The notes beneath the pieces are model-generated. The model was not told the DNA's origin. It saw only the letters and a list, made by a program, of their open reading frames with translations, and did not search any database. A stretch of 64,000 nucleotides of DNA from an uncultured Gammaproteobacteria bacterium (GTDB lineage: Bacteria; Patescibacteriota; Microgenomatia; Levybacterales; GWA1-39-11): NCBI GenBank assembly GCA_964394645.1, contig CAYMYC010000001.1:359705-423704 (forward strand). Reading direction: 5' to 3'. Made by a program: the position numbers and the translations under genes. Numbering within the stretch: the first letter of the stretch is position 1; each line of letters starts with the position of its first letter. Shown here one piece after another: positions 9,364-19,484 of the stretch.

Positions 9364-10623
9364 ATGAGAAAGCATATAAAAAGAGTAATATCACACCCAC
9401 TCATATCAGGAAGTACGATAATATTTGTCGGGTCATTCGGTGGGAATATTTTAAATTATCTCTTTAATCTATCCGCGGGCAGACTACTATCTATTAATGA
9501 TTATAGAATACTTATCTCACTTACTGCCTTAATAACTCTTCTTATGCTTTTTCAATCAGCGTGGATAAATGTATTTACTAAGTTAGCAGCAAAATTTGCA
9601 CATCAGGGCACTAGCTCCCAAGGATATCTTATTCGTTCAGGGGTAAAACTGACATTTGGAGTCGGAGCAGCATATTTGGTTATGCTAATTCTATTAATCC
9701 ATCCTATATCTGCGTATTTACATATTGATAATACTCTTGTGGTGATAACAATGTTTTGTTCCGTATTTTTTGCAATTGCCGGATCATTGCCTGCGGGCAT
9801 TTTGCAAGGAAATTTAAAATTTGTTTGGGCATCGCTTTCAAATATTGCAGGAGCCCTGGGAAAGTTAATTATAGGAATTATTCTTATCGTTTTGGGATGG
9901 GGATTGTTTGGTGCAGCTCTGGCAGTACTATTTGCATTTATTATTCCGTATACATTCTCAATGATCTATGTACTAAAAAAATATAATTCAGAAAACGTAA
10001 AAAATAAGACACATGTTGATTTTTTTGCGGAGTTTAAAAAAATTTCTGGAGCATTTTTTATTGCTTCAATAGCCATTACTATTCTTCAAGGGACTGACGT
10101 AATTTTTGCAAGTCATTACTTGAATGATATAGAAGCGGGTCAATATGCGGCATTATCTCTTATGGGTAAGGCAATATTCTATATTACTTCGCCTATATAT
10201 TTTGTTTTTTTTCCATTGATTGCTCACAAAAAAGAAAAAAATGAAAGCACAGCCGGAACTATTCTTTTAGCATCTACTATCATTTTTCTGTGCTCTGGGC
10301 TTCTTACTTTCATATACTTTGCACTCCCTTCCCTTGTTTTAAGAGTGTTCTTCCCGGATCCTGTCTATCAACCACTAACTGCATATCTAGGATTTTATTC
10401 TATATACATCATGATATTTTCCTTTTGCTTCTTGTTGTATAATTTCTTTTTATCAGCAGGAAAGATAGGAGTATATAAAATTAACTTAAGTATCGCAATT
10501 TTATATATTTTACTTCTCTTTGTGTATCATAAGACAATTTGGGATTTTATAATTGTACTTACTTTTTCTTCATTTTTACTTTTGATATTACTTCTTGTAT
10601 ACTACAAGCATTATGAGCATTAA
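9364..10623 (+). CDS. polysaccharide biosynthesis flippase (Wzx-like, MOP superfamily)
   Basis: 419 aa with about 12 TM helices. N-terminal 'GSTIIFVGSFGGNILNYLFNLSAGRLLSINDYRILISL' resembles the PF01943 polysaccharide-biosynthesis-protein pattern. Confidence 0.55.
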   Translation: MRKHIKRVISHPLISGSTIIFVGSFGGNILNYLFNLSAGRLLSINDYRILISLTALITLLMLFQSAWINVFTKLAAKFAHQGTSSQGYLIRSGVKLTFGVGAAYLVMLILLIHPISAYLHIDNTLVVITMFCSVFFAIAGSLPAGILQGNLKFVWASLSNIAGALGKLIIGIILIVLGWGLFGAALAVLFAFIIPYTFSMIYVLKKYNSENVKNKTHVDFFAEFKKISGAFFIASIAITILQGTDVIFASHYLNDIEAGQYAALSLMGKAIFYITSPIYFVFFPLIAHKKEKNESTAGTILLASTIIFLCSGLLTFIYFALPSLVLRVFFPDPVYQPLTAYLGFYSIYIMIFSFCFLLYNFFLSAGKIGVYKINLSIAILYILLLFVYHKTIWDFIIVLTFSSFLLLILLLVYYKHYEH

Positions 10624-11356
10624 ATTTCTTTCTTTAGTTGTACCTACGTATCAGCAAGAAAAAAGTATTGTAAAAAACATTATTTCTCTTGAAAATTCGC
10701 TGCAAACAACAGGGATACCGTATGAAATATTAGTAGTTATTGATGGTGCGGTGGATAATACTCAAAAGAAGCTAAGCAAGATAAAAAGTAAGCATGTAAA
10801 AGTTTTATCTTATGAAAAAAATCAGGGTAAAGGATTCGCCGTAAGATATGGGATGCTGCAAGCAAAGGGAGATGTTATAGGATTTATCGATGGAGGATTT
10901 GATTTGGATCCGACGGGGATACTTATGTTGTTGAATCATATGGTTTGGTATAACGCTGATATCATAGTCGGTAGCAAGCTGCATCCAGTCTCTAAAGTTA
11001 AGTATCCATTTTATAGAAAAGTACTTTCTTGGGGGTACAGAACAATTACGCATCTTCTTTTTGGTTTCAAGGTAAGAGATACACAGGTTGGACTTAAACT
11101 ATTTAAAAAAAGAGTAGTACTTGATGTTTTTCCTAGATTAGTAGTAAAAAAATTTGCTTTTGATGTAGAGGTGTTAGCTGTATCGTATAGGATGGGTTAT
11201 AAAAGAATTTATGAAGCTCCAGTAAAACTTAATTTCCGTAATACGAGTACGATAAAGACAAGTACTTTTTGGGGAATCATATCACATATGCTTTGGGACA
11301 CGCTGGGTGTGTATTATAGACTCAAGATACGACGGTACTACGATAAAGCAAAATAA
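10613..11356 (+). CDS. family 2 glycosyltransferase, Dpm1/polyprenol-phosphate-sugar-synthase-like
   Basis: 'LSLVVPTYQQEKSI' and 'FIDGGFDLDP' DxD region. The ATG at 10613 is preferred over the track start at 10595. Confidence 0.65.
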   Translation: MSIKFLSLVVPTYQQEKSIVKNIISLENSLQTTGIPYEILVVIDGAVDNTQKKLSKIKSKHVKVLSYEKNQGKGFAVRYGMLQAKGDVIGFIDGGFDLDPTGILMLLNHMVWYNADIIVGSKLHPVSKVKYPFYRKVLSWGYRTITHLLFGFKVRDTQVGLKLFKKRVVLDVFPRLVVKKFAFDVEVLAVSYRMGYKRIYEAPVKLNFRNTSTIKTSTFWGIISHMLWDTLGVYYRLKIRRYYDKAK

Positions 11357-11358
11357 TA

Positions 11359-12480
11359 ATGCATGTATTAATATTAAATTGGAGAGATATAAAAAATCCA
11401 CAATCAGGCGGAGCGGAGGTTTTAACTCATGAGATATCCAAATATCTTGTACGAAAAAAACATGAAGTAACACTATTTACTTCTGAATTTCCAGGTAGCA
11501 AGAAGCAGGAAACAATAGATGGTGTAAAGATTGTAAGAGCAGGTCATCCTGATTTAAGACATGGGTTTTCATCTGTGCATTATAATGCTTATAAATATTA
11601 TAAAAAGAAGAAGTTCGGGAATATAGATGTTGTGATAGATGAGGTTCACGGGATTCCATTTTTCACGCCACTATATATAAAAGAAAAAAAAGCAGCACTT
11701 GTTTGTGAGTATGCAGGTGATCTTTGGAAATATGCAGTCCCCTTCCCATTTAGTATTCTTGGTCAATTATTTGAACGTACCTACCCATTTTTATATAAAA
11801 AGGACAAGATTATCACAATATCTAAATCTTCTAAGCACGAATTGTGTAAATTGTTTTCAGAAAAAATGATTAGTGTAGTATCTCCCGGGTGTTCCTTTCC
11901 AGTTATTCACAAAATACCTCAAAAAATATTTCCCTTAACGTTTGTGTTTATAGCACGACTCGGGAAGACAAAGGGTGTGGAGGACGCAATTGAAATGATG
12001 AAGATAATAATAAAGTCAGAGAGGGATTCTAAACTATATATTATAGGAAGAGGAGATGGGAAATACATTGATAAGCTCAAAAAACAGATTTATAAAGATG
12101 GGCTTGGTTCAGCAATTCATTTTTTCGGTTTTGTAAGTGATCAAGAAAAATGTGAGATAATTGATAGGTCACATATATTAATTGCCCCATCCAGGAAAGA
12201 GGGATGGGGTTTAACGGTGCATGAGGTTGGAGCACGCGGAGTGCCAACAGTAGGCTACGATGTTCCAGGGTTAAACGAGGTTATAATAAAAAATGTTAAT
12301 GGTGAAATTTGCCGTACGAACACCCCTTACGAGTTAGCTAGAGTATCACTTTCTCTCTATAGAGATAAAATAAGATACAAGAAGCTGCAGAATGGTGCAC
12401 TGTCTGAGAGAATGAAGTTTACTTGGGATAAAACAGGGGAAACTTTCCTGAAACTTATTAGTGAGTATGAAAAAAAATAA
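11359..12480 (+). CDS. family 4 glycosyltransferase
   Basis: 'SRKEGWGLTVHEVGARGVPTVGYDVPGLNEVI' EX7E-type C-terminal motif. Confidence 0.75.
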   Translation: MHVLILNWRDIKNPQSGGAEVLTHEISKYLVRKKHEVTLFTSEFPGSKKQETIDGVKIVRAGHPDLRHGFSSVHYNAYKYYKKKKFGNIDVVIDEVHGIPFFTPLYIKEKKAALVCEYAGDLWKYAVPFPFSILGQLFERTYPFLYKKDKIITISKSSKHELCKLFSEKMISVVSPGCSFPVIHKIPQKIFPLTFVFIARLGKTKGVEDAIEMMKIIIKSERDSKLYIIGRGDGKYIDKLKKQIYKDGLGSAIHFFGFVSDQEKCEIIDRSHILIAPSRKEGWGLTVHEVGARGVPTVGYDVPGLNEVIIKNVNGEICRTNTPYELARVSLSLYRDKIRYKKLQNGALSERMKFTWDKTGETFLKLISEYEKK

Positions 12481-13792
12481 AAATAATATATTTTTGTTTT
12501 TATGTGTAGCTGTAATTACAGTAGGGTTTTTGCTACGTTTTCATAACTATAATATGTGGCCAAGATTTGGCGCCACTTTTGATGAATATGCATGGACATG
12601 GCAGGGAATGAATTTAATACAGCATGGTGTTCCGGTCTCATGGTCTCCACATCCTCAATACACATCTTCACAATCTGTAATTTATCAACAAACTCACTTT
12701 CGAATCGTTACACCATTTTTAGAGCATCCTCCTCTGTTTGGTATTGTTGCGGGAGAATTTGCAATTTTAAATGGGGCAACAGATATGTACAAGCTTCACC
12801 TTTCACAAATTCGTCCTTTGGCGCTTTTACTTGGAACACTTAGCTTAATATTGCTAATTGCATTAGGCACTGAATTATATGGGAAAAAAATAGGTTTATT
12901 TGTAGGCGTTCTCTATGCAACAATACCTACGATTGTTATAGGTTCAAGAATTGTACAGAATGAAAATTTCTTTATTCCCGTATGGTTATTTTCATTGCTT
13001 TTAACTGCAAGATACCTACGCAATAAGAGAAAATGGCTTAGAAATATAATCGTTTTACTGTCTACATTATTAGTTTTAGCAAAGATTCCATGGGTTGCTG
13101 CCGGATTATCAATAATTGCGATATTTTTATATTATAAAAAATATAAGGATGCAGCATTTGTCCTAAGTGGGATACTAGCTGGACTTATTCTTTTTGCACT
13201 GTATGGACTATTTTTTGATTGGAATTTATTTATAAGTCTCTGGAAACTTCAGGCGGCAAGATATGACATTTCATTTACCAGTATTTTTGCTCTATTTCAA
13301 AAGCCATTTCTTGTAGACAGGTATTACACAGATGGTTGGATGTACTTTGGATGGTTTGCAACATTTCTTTTGTTTGCAAAAGATTTAAAAAAATACATTT
13401 TTATTGTTGCGCCAATATTGTCTTATTTTCTGATATTTTTAGCAGGTATACCTGATGAGGCAGGACATGGCTGGTACAGATATCCTTTTTACCCATTTCT
13501 TATTGTATCAATTGCGTTGTTTATAAAAGAATATTATGCAAAAAATTTTCTTTTAACATTTATTTTTCTCGTGCTTATTGGATCATCTTTGTTAGGACTC
13601 ACATGGGAGGTTGTTTTTGGGTATTCATTCTATGTTTTTAGATTGGCAATCATTTCTTGGCTTTTTATTTTACTGCCTATATTTCCTTTATTTAATAAGT
13701 TAGGTGTCTTAAGCAAGCGGGTATCTTACGTATGGCTTATATGTTTTTTTCTTATGAACATTTGGGCATCTCTAATATACAATGAACAATAA
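12461..13792 (+). CDS. GT-C-fold membrane glycosyltransferase (ArnT/PMT-like, GT39/GT83-type)
   Basis: 443 aa, multi-TM. Canonical loop-1 'FDEYAWTWQG' DE motif. Confidence 0.5.
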   Translation: MSMKKNKNNIFLFLCVAVITVGFLLRFHNYNMWPRFGATFDEYAWTWQGMNLIQHGVPVSWSPHPQYTSSQSVIYQQTHFRIVTPFLEHPPLFGIVAGEFAILNGATDMYKLHLSQIRPLALLLGTLSLILLIALGTELYGKKIGLFVGVLYATIPTIVIGSRIVQNENFFIPVWLFSLLLTARYLRNKRKWLRNIIVLLSTLLVLAKIPWVAAGLSIIAIFLYYKKYKDAAFVLSGILAGLILFALYGLFFDWNLFISLWKLQAARYDISFTSIFALFQKPFLVDRYYTDGWMYFGWFATFLLFAKDLKKYIFIVAPILSYFLIFLAGIPDEAGHGWYRYPFYPFLIVSIALFIKEYYAKNFLLTFIFLVLIGSSLLGLTWEVVFGYSFYVFRLAIISWLFILLPIFPLFNKLGVLSKRVSYVWLICFFLMNIWASLIYNEQ

Positions 13793-14615
13793 AGTTTCCA
13801 TAGTTATTCCCACAAAAAATTCCGACATGTTTCTTGAAAATGCATTTAAAAGTATTAAGTCTCAAACATACAAAGATATTGAGGTGATTATTGTTGATGG
13901 CCAATCAACAGACAAAACATTGCAATTGGCAAAAAAATATAATGCTTTGGTGTATCAGTTAAAAGTAGATGTGCCAAAAGGAACGTTTGATGCTCCTTAT
14001 AGAAGAAATTATGGTGTTAAAAAATCAAAAGGAGATTATGTTTATTATCTTGATGCAGATATGGAGTTGGAAAAAAATGTTGTGAAAGAGGCTGTAGGAG
14101 CATGCATTAAGGGTGGATACGATGCAGTTATAATTCCTGAAAATTCCTTTGGGAGCGGACCATGGGCAAAAGCAAAAAACCTTGAGAGAATGTGTTATTG
14201 GGGAGATGACAGTGTTGAAGCTCCAAGGTTTTTTAAAAAGAAAGTATGGCATGAGGTGGGAGGATTAGACGTGGGCTTAGGTGGAGGTGGAGATGATTGG
14301 GATTTATATCAAAAATTACTTGATCTCAATAAGCGAATTGGAAGAACTCATAGTATGGTTAATCACAATGAAGGTCATTTAAAGATAAAAAAACTTATGA
14401 AAAAGCGCTTTATGTACGGCAGAGACTCTGCAAGATATATTTCTAAGCGCCCAAAGCAAGGACTTATTAGTTATTTTCCTATACGCCCAGCATATATCAG
14501 GAACTGGAAGCTATTTATGACGCGACCAAAAGATACTTGCAGCTTCATTGTCATGCGAAGCGCTGAATATATTGCCGGATTTTCGGGTATAATGTATTCT
14601 CTTTTAAAAAGATGA
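13782..14615 (+). CDS. family 2 glycosyltransferase
   Basis: 'VSIVIPTKNSDMFL', 'IIVDGQSTDKT', 'LDADMEL'. Confidence 0.7.
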   Translation: MNNKVSIVIPTKNSDMFLENAFKSIKSQTYKDIEVIIVDGQSTDKTLQLAKKYNALVYQLKVDVPKGTFDAPYRRNYGVKKSKGDYVYYLDADMELEKNVVKEAVGACIKGGYDAVIIPENSFGSGPWAKAKNLERMCYWGDDSVEAPRFFKKKVWHEVGGLDVGLGGGGDDWDLYQKLLDLNKRIGRTHSMVNHNEGHLKIKKLMKKRFMYGRDSARYISKRPKQGLISYFPIRPAYIRNWKLFMTRPKDTCSFIVMRSAEYIAGFSGIMYSLLKR

Positions 14616-15580
14616 AGTCTTTCTGGAAAAATAAAAAAGTTTTAGTTATGGGAGCAGGTGGGTTCATTGGGTCACATGTAGTGGACGTTCTTGTAGCAGG
14701 GGGTGCGATGGTAACTGCGCAGGTGTTTGTAAGCGGCGATAAAAATAAAAACTTAGCTCAATCAATGCATAGTATAAAAATCGTTAAAGGAGATCTTACA
14801 GATCTATCTTTTTGTTTGAAAATTGCACAAGGACAGAATATTTTATTAAATTTTGCAGGTATGGATGGTGGAACATCATTCAAGAAAGAGCATGCGGCAG
14901 AGATTTTGAGAATAAACTCATTGATAACTCTTAATGCGCTTGAAGCGGCAAGAATACACAAGCTAGAAAGAGTTTTGCTTGTAAGCTCTGTTGTTGTGTA
15001 TGCAAATTCAACACCTCAGCCCATAAAAGAAGAGTATGGATATATTCAGGATCCTTCAGATTTTGTTGATGGTTATACCTGGTCCAAAAAATTCTTAGAG
15101 TCTGCTGCAAAAACTTACAACACACAATATAATCTTAACGTAAATGTTGTGCGGTTGGGAAATGTATATGGCCCACGAGATTCTCTGGCTAAAGGGAGAG
15201 TTATACCAACTTTTATCAACCAAGCATTAAACAATGAGACAATGACTATACTAAATGGTGGTACACAGCGCATGGCTTTTCTTCATGTAGAGGATTTGGC
15301 ATTTTTTATCTTGAAATGTGTAGAAAAAGAACTTGGTTCAGATCCTCTTAACATTGGTAGTGACAAATATATTTCAATAAGGGAGCTGGCTGAAATGATA
15401 ATTAAACTTACTAGAAGCAAGAGTACGCTTAAAGATATAAAAAAATCACAAAACTTTGCAAGTAGAGTAGTAGATGTTAGCATGTCGAAAAAGTTACTTA
15501 AAATTAATGAACGCAAGGACATAGGTCAGGGTTTGATAGAGATTGTTGACGATATGAGGAAGACGTATTATCATAGGTAG
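14612..15580 (+). CDS. NAD-dependent sugar-nucleotide epimerase/dehydratase (SDR)
   Basis: 'VLVMGAGGFIGSHVVD' and 'YTWSKKFLE' YxxxK. Confidence 0.7.
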   Translation: MKSFWKNKKVLVMGAGGFIGSHVVDVLVAGGAMVTAQVFVSGDKNKNLAQSMHSIKIVKGDLTDLSFCLKIAQGQNILLNFAGMDGGTSFKKEHAAEILRINSLITLNALEAARIHKLERVLLVSSVVVYANSTPQPIKEEYGYIQDPSDFVDGYTWSKKFLESAAKTYNTQYNLNVNVVRLGNVYGPRDSLAKGRVIPTFINQALNNETMTILNGGTQRMAFLHVEDLAFFILKCVEKELGSDPLNIGSDKYISIRELAEMIIKLTRSKSTLKDIKKSQNFASRVVDVSMSKKLLKINERKDIGQGLIEIVDDMRKTYYHR

Positions 15581-15596
15581 TCTTGCATGATTCCAA

Positions 15597-16349
15597 ATGT
15601 TGCTAGATGAATTCTATATGCTATTAAAATACTTTAAAAATTATGCCCACACCGTTTTTAATGATTGGATGAGGCAAAACGTTAAGGCAGTTTTGTCGCT
15701 TATAGATCAGGGAGATTCATTTGTGGATCTTGGGTGTGGTGACGGTAGATTAACTAAGCAGTTTGCTAAAAAGGCAAAGGCTAAAACAGTTATTGGTTTG
15801 GATAGTTTGCCATCAAAAAAAAGCGGAATCAAAATAGTAAAGGGGGATCTTAATAGAAAACTTCCATTTAAGAGCAACTCGTTTGACATTGCGACAAGTC
15901 ATTATAGTCTAGAGCATCTATATAACACTGGACTTTTTATATCTGAAACACATAGAATTCTCAAAAAGGGGGGTTATACTGTTGTTGCAACTGATAACTT
16001 ATCAAATTGGCCCACAATAATCGCGTTGATATTTGGATATCAGCCTTTTTCCTTAACCTGCGGCATAAGTAAAAGATCTATAGGAAACCCTTTTGCGATA
16101 CGTTCAAACTTCGGAGAAGTGGTGAGTGACAGGAATTTAGATTTAGACTGGAGGGTTTCGGGTGAGTGGAGCCATAACAAAGTGTTGTCTTACAAAGCCC
16201 TTTTGGAGGCGTATGAAGAATATGGATTTAAAATTGAAAAAGTGATTGGAGTAGGATATCTCCCGTTTAAGGGATTTTTATCTAGGTTTTTTGCAAATTT
16301 AGATAAAAGACACGCATATCTTCTTATAATAAAGGCTCGGAAAATATGA
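15597..16349 (+). CDS. class I SAM-dependent methyltransferase
   Basis: 'FVDLGCGDGRLT' motif I. 'HYSLEHL' motif. Confidence 0.65.
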   Translation: MLLDEFYMLLKYFKNYAHTVFNDWMRQNVKAVLSLIDQGDSFVDLGCGDGRLTKQFAKKAKAKTVIGLDSLPSKKSGIKIVKGDLNRKLPFKSNSFDIATSHYSLEHLYNTGLFISETHRILKKGGYTVVATDNLSNWPTIIALIFGYQPFSLTCGISKRSIGNPFAIRSNFGEVVSDRNLDLDWRVSGEWSHNKVLSYKALLEAYEEYGFKIEKVIGVGYLPFKGFLSRFFANLDKRHAYLLIIKARKI

Positions 16350-16392
16350 TTTTCAATCATATCTATTGATAAAACGTATAGAATTATATATT

Positions 16393-17409
16393 ATGGTGAT
16401 TGTGAAAAAGAGTCCAAAAAAGATAGTCAAGAAAAAAACAATAAAAGCTGCATTAGTTTGCGGTGCAGGTGGGTTTATAGGAAGTCACTTGGTTAAGAGA
16501 CTAAAAAAAGAGGGGTACTGGGTAAGAGGCGTAGATGTTAAAAAACCTGAATATAGTAAAACACTTGCAGATGAGTTTATAATTGGTGATCTTCGTGATC
16601 AAAAAATTTGTAAAAAGGTTCTTGATAGGCCTTTTGATGAGGTGTATCAGTTGGCAGCTGATATGGGGGGAGCCGGTTATATTTTTTCAGGTGAACACGA
16701 TGCAGATGTAATGCATAATTCAGCGCAAATTAACCTTAATGTGCTGCATTATGGAAAAATAGCGGGGATTAAGAAAATATTTTTTTCCTCATCTGCTTGT
16801 ATTTACCCAGAACACAATCAGTTGGACCCAAATAATCCAAATTGTGAAGAAGAATCCGCATATCCTGCGGCACCGGACAGTGAATATGGTTGGGAAAAAC
16901 TATTTGGTGAGCGTATGTATCTAGCCTATAACAGAAATTATAAAATGCAGGTTCGTATTGCTCGTTTCCACAATGTTTTTGGCCCTGAGGGAGCATGGAA
17001 CAATGGAAAAGAAAAATCTCCTGCAGCAATTTGCCGAAAGATTGCGGAGGCAAAAGAAGGGGGTACTATTGAGATTTGGGGAGATGGTAAGCAGACAAGA
17101 TCCTATTTGTTTATAGATGAATGTCTTGTGGGGGTAAGAAAGCTTATGAATTCAAAGTTTACAGGTCCGGTTAACATTGGGTCAGACGAGATGATTTCAA
17201 TAAATGATTTGGCCAAAATGGTAATGGGGATAACTGGAAAGAAGGTAAAAATAAAGCATGTAGAGGGACCACTGGGGGTAAGAGGAAGGACTTCTGATAA
17301 TAAACTTATTAAAAAGGAGTTAAACTGGAGTCCTAGTATGCCGCTTGTAGATGGTATGACTCAAACATTTTTGTGGATTGATGAACAGGTGAGAAAGAAG
17401 AAAAAATAA
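16393..17409 (+). CDS. GDP-mannose 3,5-epimerase (GME) homolog
   Basis: Near-collinear similarity to plant/bacterial GME from memory. Matching blocks include 'VCGAGGFIGSH', 'AADMGG', 'SSACIYPE', 'RFHNVFGP', 'EKSPAAICRK', 'IWGDGKQTRS', 'FIDEC' and 'VNIGSDEMIS'. The track start at 16366 is TTG. ATG 16393 is preferred. Confidence 0.7.
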   Translation: MVIVKKSPKKIVKKKTIKAALVCGAGGFIGSHLVKRLKKEGYWVRGVDVKKPEYSKTLADEFIIGDLRDQKICKKVLDRPFDEVYQLAADMGGAGYIFSGEHDADVMHNSAQINLNVLHYGKIAGIKKIFFSSSACIYPEHNQLDPNNPNCEEESAYPAAPDSEYGWEKLFGERMYLAYNRNYKMQVRIARFHNVFGPEGAWNNGKEKSPAAICRKIAEAKEGGTIEIWGDGKQTRSYLFIDECLVGVRKLMNSKFTGPVNIGSDEMISINDLAKMVMGITGKKVKIKHVEGPLGVRGRTSDNKLIKKELNWSPSMPLVDGMTQTFLWIDEQVRKKKK

Positions 17410-17410
17410 T

Positions 17411-18238
17411 ATGATTAAAAACTTAGTTATAGGATCAGATGGATTTATTGGTGACCCATTTTGTAAATTTCTTGAAGAAAAAGGCGAGAAGGCTACAAGA
17501 TTTGACATAAAAAGAAAAAAAGTTGAAGACGGACGAACCTTTAAGTTCAATTTTAAAGAGTATGATAAGGTATATTTTCTCGCATGGGATGTAGGTGGGT
17601 CAAAATATCTTTACGAGTCAAAGCTCCAGATGTTCCAATTAAAATGGAATCTTGATTTGATGAGAAACGTTTTTGATCAATTAGAAAAACAAAAACATAC
17701 AGATTTCCTTTTTGTTTCAAGTCAGTTAGCAGAAGAGTGCGATACGGTTTATGGGGTAACAAAAAGGTTAGGTGAGGTTTGGACTCGTCAGTTGGGGGGA
17801 GTATGCATTAGAGTATGGAATGCGTATGGCTATATGGAGCCGTTAAATATTAAGAGTCACGTGATATCTGATTTTATCTATCAAGCGCTTCAAAAGAAAA
17901 AAATAAGCATGATGACAAATGGTTTAGAGTGGAGACAATTTACTCACATAAGAGATTTAAGCAACGCGTTTCATATGAGTCTTAATTCAAAAGATTTAAA
18001 AAGAACCGTGTATGATGCAAGCAGCTATGAATGGGTACGTATAGTAGATATAGCAAAAATCATAGCAGACATAACGGGCTCAAAGTTAAATCTGGGTGAC
18101 AAGATGGGGCATGATCCTCTCCCATCTGTTAATATGGGCAGAATACCAGGATGGCTTCCAAATGTGGAGTTGAGAGAAGGCATTCAGGAAATGGTAGATC
18201 AAGCAAGGGAAATGTTAAGAAATGAGAAAAAGAAGTAA
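17411..18238 (+). CDS. short SDR-family sugar-nucleotide epimerase/reductase (RmlD-like size)
   Basis: 'LVIGSDGFIGD' Rossmann variant and 'YGVTKRLGE' YxxxK. 275 aa. Confidence 0.5.
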   Translation: MIKNLVIGSDGFIGDPFCKFLEEKGEKATRFDIKRKKVEDGRTFKFNFKEYDKVYFLAWDVGGSKYLYESKLQMFQLKWNLDLMRNVFDQLEKQKHTDFLFVSSQLAEECDTVYGVTKRLGEVWTRQLGGVCIRVWNAYGYMEPLNIKSHVISDFIYQALQKKKISMMTNGLEWRQFTHIRDLSNAFHMSLNSKDLKRTVYDASSYEWVRIVDIAKIIADITGSKLNLGDKMGHDPLPSVNMGRIPGWLPNVELREGIQEMVDQAREMLRNEKKK

Positions 18239-19478
18239 AATTCCTCTGTCAAAAGAATCCTCGGTGCTTTTCGTTACATTCTCCAGGTGGACTAATAAAA
18301 AAAGATTGCCAACGAATGGCAGCATAGAACCACTTCGTGATTTTTTACTTCCAAAAGTTAAAAAGCTGGTTATTATAGATCAGCTTCATCCTGGTAGTGA
18401 TGGCGTTATGCCGCGTATAGAAGTTTTTAAAAATAACAGTCAAAAATTCAAATTATTTAAGTCATCAGGGTTAGTATATTGGCTGTATCCTTTTCTAAAA
18501 ATGTCTAAGTCTGAAAAAACTCAAATTAGATTTAAACTTCGAGATTTCTTGTCAGTAATAGACTGGGTGATACAAGACAGGGCGCACTACAATTTTTTTA
18601 TTGGTCTTGAAAGTGTAAATACTATTGCTGGAATTATTTTAAGAAGTATTGGCCGGGTTGATATAGTGGTCTATTATGTCTCTGATTATTCTCCCAACAG
18701 ATACCCCAGTAAGTTATTTAATAGTGTATACCTCTGGCTCGACAGATTCTGTGCGATGCATGCTGATTACGTTTGGGATGTGTCTCCTGCTATGCAAAAG
18801 GCACGAATTAGTGTGGGACTAAATCCACAAAAATCAGCACCAGTTATAGGTGTTGCCAACGGTCTATTTCCAGATCAAATAAGAAAGAACCCACTTTCAA
18901 AAATAAAGAGGCAGGAATTAGTTTACATGGGAACATTAGGTGCAGAAAATGGACCCGATATTGCCATAAGATCCATATCTTTACTCAAAGATACATTTAA
19001 AGATATTAGATTGCACATTGTAGGAGGAACTGAAAAAGACTCAATTTGGCTCATGGAGATAGTAAGAAAGTTAAAGCTTGAAGATTTTGTGATTTTTCAT
19101 GGATTTATTCCAAGTAGTATTGAGATGTCTGAAATTATAAGAGGATGCGCAATTGGTCTTGCTCCATACCGCAATATACCTGGATCAATTAGGAAATATG
19201 CAGATGCAGGAAAGATCAGAGCGTACTGTGCGTCTGGTCTTCCTGTAGTGTCTTCCTACGTTCCGCCCCTAGGAGTACAGCTAGAAAAAAAAGGAGGAGC
19301 TTTGCTTGCAAAAGACAATCCAAAGGATTTCGCAAAAGCAATAAATATACTTTTATCTGATAAGCATCTGTATGAGAAATTGCGAAATGATGCTTACCTT
19401 TTTGCAAAAAATAGCACATGGGACAATACTTTTTCAAATGCCTTTCGCAATATGGAGCTATTTGTATTAAAATACTAA
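18222..19478 (+). CDS. GT-B-fold glycosyltransferase (non-canonical GT4-like)
   Basis: C-terminal 'IGLAPYRNIPGSIRKYADAGKIRAYCASGLPVVSS'. Paralogous to ORF 30898..32067. Confidence 0.5.
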   Translation: MRKRSKIPLSKESSVLFVTFSRWTNKKRLPTNGSIEPLRDFLLPKVKKLVIIDQLHPGSDGVMPRIEVFKNNSQKFKLFKSSGLVYWLYPFLKMSKSEKTQIRFKLRDFLSVIDWVIQDRAHYNFFIGLESVNTIAGIILRSIGRVDIVVYYVSDYSPNRYPSKLFNSVYLWLDRFCAMHADYVWDVSPAMQKARISVGLNPQKSAPVIGVANGLFPDQIRKNPLSKIKRQELVYMGTLGAENGPDIAIRSISLLKDTFKDIRLHIVGGTEKDSIWLMEIVRKLKLEDFVIFHGFIPSSIEMSEIIRGCAIGLAPYRNIPGSIRKYADAGKIRAYCASGLPVVSSYVPPLGVQLEKKGGALLAKDNPKDFAKAINILLSDKHLYEKLRNDAYLFAKNSTWDNTFSNAFRNMELFVLKY

Positions 19479-19484
19479 AGAAGC

